Positions 61,407-64,000 of a stretch of DNA of 64,000 bases are shown here, piece after piece; position 1 is the first letter of the stretch; each line of letters begins with the position of its first letter. This DNA comes from Nitrospina sp. LS_NOB. GTDB lineage: Bacteria; Nitrospinota; Nitrospinia; Nitrospinales; VA-1. Position numbers and translations under genes: made by a program. The stretch spans positions 68,499 through 132,498 of the forward strand of contig LFLA01000024.1 in NCBI GenBank assembly GCA_001542995.1, given 5' to 3'. Below the pieces are notes generated by a model, which saw only the letters and a program-made list of their open reading frames with translations, was not told where the DNA came from and did not search any database.

Positions 61407-62221
61407 TCCTCAATGCACGACATCTATTTTATCGTTTTGTCTTTCTTTTGTTCGCCCTGATGGCTATGGGAGTTCTTCAAGGGTGCAGTAAGAATATTAA
61501 AATACCAGCATCTTCCGGAAGTCAGAAGGACTGGACACCGAAACAAGCGGATCGATTATGGGCCGTCATTTTGAAACAGGCAGTGGATGCTAAAGGTCAA
61601 ATTGGTTTTTCAGGTTTGACCCGAAACCCCAGCCGCCTGCGCGCCTATGTGGCATATATCGGACACAATGCACCGCACAACCGTCCCGATTTGTTTCCCG
61701 ACCCGGATAGCCGGTTGGCGTATTACCTGAATTCTTATAACGCTCTGGCTATGTACGGGGTGGTGAAGCTTGGGGTGGAAGACGGATTTGAAAGCCTGTT
61801 GGATCGCACAAAATTTTTTAAACTAACCCGGTATGCTGTTGGCAAAGATTGGATTTCGCTATTGGATTACGAAAACAAAATCATCCGGCCCCTGGGAGAC
61901 CCGAGGGTTCACTTTGCTTTGAATTGTATGGTGGTGGGGTGCCCCCGCTTGCCCCAAGCACCCTTTCAGGCAGATCAGTTGGACAAACAATTGGAACGCG
62001 TTACCTATGAATTTTTGAATCACTCGCGCAACGTCCAGGTTCATAGAAAGAAAAAAGTAGCCTACCTTTCGGAGATTCTGGATTTTTATACAGATGATTT
62101 TGTGGACCGCGAACGAACTCCCACATTAATCACTTATATCAACAGGTACCGCAAAACCCCAGTCCCCGAACATTATGACATCGAGTTTATTCCTTATGAC
62201 TGGACGCTTAACCAACAATAA
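61403..62221 (+). CDS. DUF547-domain lipoprotein
   Basis: Lipobox LQGC; LAYYLNSYNA, DPRVHFALNC...CP.L and F.PYDWTLN motifs. Confidence 0.9.
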   Translation: MILNARHLFYRFVFLLFALMAMGVLQGCSKNIKIPASSGSQKDWTPKQADRLWAVILKQAVDAKGQIGFSGLTRNPSRLRAYVAYIGHNAPHNRPDLFPDPDSRLAYYLNSYNALAMYGVVKLGVEDGFESLLDRTKFFKLTRYAVGKDWISLLDYENKIIRPLGDPRVHFALNCMVVGCPRLPQAPFQADQLDKQLERVTYEFLNHSRNVQVHRKKKVAYLSEILDFYTDDFVDRERTPTLITYINRYRKTPVPEHYDIEFIPYDWTLNQQ

Positions 62222-62633
62222 AATCTTCGGTCGTTTTCTGCGGTTTTTTATCGCGGCCATTCTACTGACCACAGGATTGGGCAAGGCTCTGGATATTCAC
62301 GGTTTCGTCGAAATCCTGATCACTTATCAGGCGTTTGCCGACTGGATGCTCTATCCTGTTGCCTTGGGCATGATAGCCGCAGAGCTAATTTTGTCTTTTT
62401 GGTTGTTCAGCGGGCGCATAATATTTTGGGCGGCGTTTAGTTCATTGGGGTTGCATACGGTGTTTACGCTTTGGGCCTCAGTGACGGTTATGAGAGGACT
62501 TGATATTCCCAACTGTGGGTGCTTTGGTGTGTTTTTCGCCCGACCTTTGGATGGTTGGACCATCCTGGAAGATCTGGTCATGGTGGCATTTTCCGGATTG
62601 TTAATGGTTTCCGCGCGGATGTTGGAGCGTTAG
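62196..62633 (+). CDS. DoxX/MauE-family membrane protein
   Basis: GLGK..D...F......Y, E..L..L and GLDIPNCGCFG motifs. Confidence 0.85.
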   Translation: MTGRLTNNKIFGRFLRFFIAAILLTTGLGKALDIHGFVEILITYQAFADWMLYPVALGMIAAELILSFWLFSGRIIFWAAFSSLGLHTVFTLWASVTVMRGLDIPNCGCFGVFFARPLDGWTILEDLVMVAFSGLLMVSARMLER

Positions 62634-62636
62634 ATT

Positions 62637-62956
62637 ATTTTTTCAGCCTGGATTTGACTTTATTAAGTTCTTCTTCTGTTTGATCTCGGGTGTTCAACCC
62701 TTTTCTTTCAAGAATCATTAATACCAGTTCAACTATCTAATCCAGGCATACTGATGTCTGAGGTGATCAGGTCGGGTTGGAATTCGTGAATTTTTAGAAT
62801 AGCGTCATGACTGTTATGAGCCACTTCAACCCGGTAATTACTTTTTAACATTCCGGCTAATAGTATGGTGATGGATTTTTCACCATCAACAATCAATATT
62901 TTCTTTTTTGATTCTGCCATATCCTTTTTGGCAATATTGGAATATGAATTTCGCAA
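62637..62956 (-). pseudogene. Degraded response-regulator receiver domain
   Basis: KILIVDGE..PDLITSDISMPGLD then an in-frame stop; a shifted frame continues VELVLMI..., consistent with a small deletion in the DG motif. Confidence 0.6.
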
Positions 62957-63123
62957 GTTACAACATCATTTGTGATGATATCAGAGTTTGGCTATATTTT
63001 AGATGCGGTCCGCAAAACGGCGCATTTAGGGGAGGGTGCTTCGCTAATGGGTTTTAAAGTTGGGGGGATGAAGAATTTGGGGCACATGGGAGGCAATTCC
63101 TCCTGGAGTCGCCTCCCATGTAT

Positions 63124-63252
63124 GAGACCTTTGCATAACCCCGGATTCTTCGTCACCTTGTTCCTCAGAATGACAAATAGCCTTGTATTGTCATTCTGAA
63201 CGCAGTGAAGAATCTCGCTTTTCTGTTTTTTTTCGACTTACGCAAAGCTCTC
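63124..63252. mobile_element. Short MITE-like element with flanking 6-bp direct repeat ATGTAT
   Basis: GAGACCTTTGCATAA...TTACGCAAAGCTCTC; ATGTAT at 63118-63123 and 63253-63258. Confidence 0.7.
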
Positions 63253-63382
63253 ATGTATGGGGTAATTGCAATCGTTCCAACTCTACCTTGGTAGAGGATT
63301 AGAAGTTAGCCAGTCATCAAAATTATCCCAATAAAATTGTATGTGGCTCCGGTGGCGGAGCCGAAAGTTCAAGCCAGTCAGA

Positions 63383-63580
63383 CTATTTAAGATTTTCATC
63401 GTCGTAATCCATGTTTTTCTGCGATTTTCGTTTGCGTCCCTTCGCTTTCATCGACTCAGCCAACGGATTGTTAAAAAACGAGTCCCAGTACTTTGTGCTG
63501 AGCTTCTCGCTGGAAAGGACCTTTTTGACTTTGCCCTTTTTATCGAATATTTTGACTTCGTGAAACATGTTACACTCCAA
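63383..63580 (-). CDS. Small basic hypothetical protein
   Basis: MFHEVKIFDKKGKVKKVLSSEKLS..YW; plausible GGAG RBS. Confidence 0.55.
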   Translation of the reverse strand: MECNMFHEVKIFDKKGKVKKVLSSEKLSTKYWDSFFNNPLAESMKAKGRKRKSQKNMDYDDENLK

Positions 63581-63802
63581 ACTTAAGGTCGGCCTGGTCG
63601 ATTTTCGCCCCGGTTTGGAGGTTTAAGTACATATTTGAAGTGCCTCCGCCTGGTTGATAAATCAACGTGTTGGGTCGGTTTCAGCCCTTTGGGCCGAATG
63701 AAATTATGAACTGGGTATTGTAGTATTAATGAAATCTACTAGTTAGGATGTCAAGCACCTGCCCAAGATTTATTTCTTCGGCCTGTATGCTCTTATCGGA
63801 GG

Positions 63803-64000
63803 ATGATTTTGAAACGATTAGCGTTATTTTGCTATTTTTTGGGAATTCTTGGGCTAGCGGGGTGTGATGGGGAGTTGAAAGAGCACCCTCTGCCCGAAAG
63901 CCTGAAAAAAGAACTGGCCAGAAAGGCCGATCCGACTATTCACCTTAATGACGTTTCCGGCACTATTGTACTCGACCCTGCGCTGCGGGTGAGTTTGAGC
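63803..64000 (+). CDS. Lipoprotein, 5' part (runs off the window end)
   Basis: GGAGG RBS; MILKRLALFCYFLGILGLAGC lipobox; frame open to the window end. Confidence 0.75.
   Translation, partial: MILKRLALFCYFLGILGLAGCDGELKEHPLPESLKKELARKADPTIHLNDVSGTIVLDPALRVSLS

Noticed and set aside
59343-62633. Selenoprotein (UGA recoding) in the redoxin/rSAM locus
   Set aside because: The redoxin has an ordinary CINC motif and the ORFs are full length without internal UGA at catalytic positions.

Overview
Bacterial chromosomal origin region. It is Gram-negative; a Nitrospinota-like lineage is my unverified impression. All family assignments below come from recalled motifs, not database searches. The housekeeping backbone is dnaX (partial), SRP RNA, five tRNAs (all four Ser isoacceptors plus a rare Arg-GCG), serS, gyrA, gyrB, oriC, dnaA, etfBA, rsmG, two parS sites, parAB, bactofilin, rsmI, argH, czcCBA, an argA-like GNAT and a radical SAM/DUF547/DoxX locus. 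Directly upstream of dnaA, and divergent from it, lies a ~18 kb intact virion-morphogenesis cluster. It has a Mu-type terminase, RcGTA-like head-spike, portal, protease and capsid genes, a non-contractile tail with a -1 frameshift chaperone, and a short tape measure. No integrase, att site, replication gene or endolysin is visible in it, and host repeats sit in its spacers, so it is a strong candidate gene transfer agent (GTA) or domesticated phage. It is followed by a CI-like repressor with an operator but no Cro, and by a sigma-region-4-like regulator. Other accessory features: two three-gene toxin-antitoxin-chaperone-like modules, a RelE-type pair, a 49-bp leader shared by two of these loci, a REP family, a MITE that appears to insert into hairpin repeats, and an orphan DnaD-like/DnaC-like/GemA trio.
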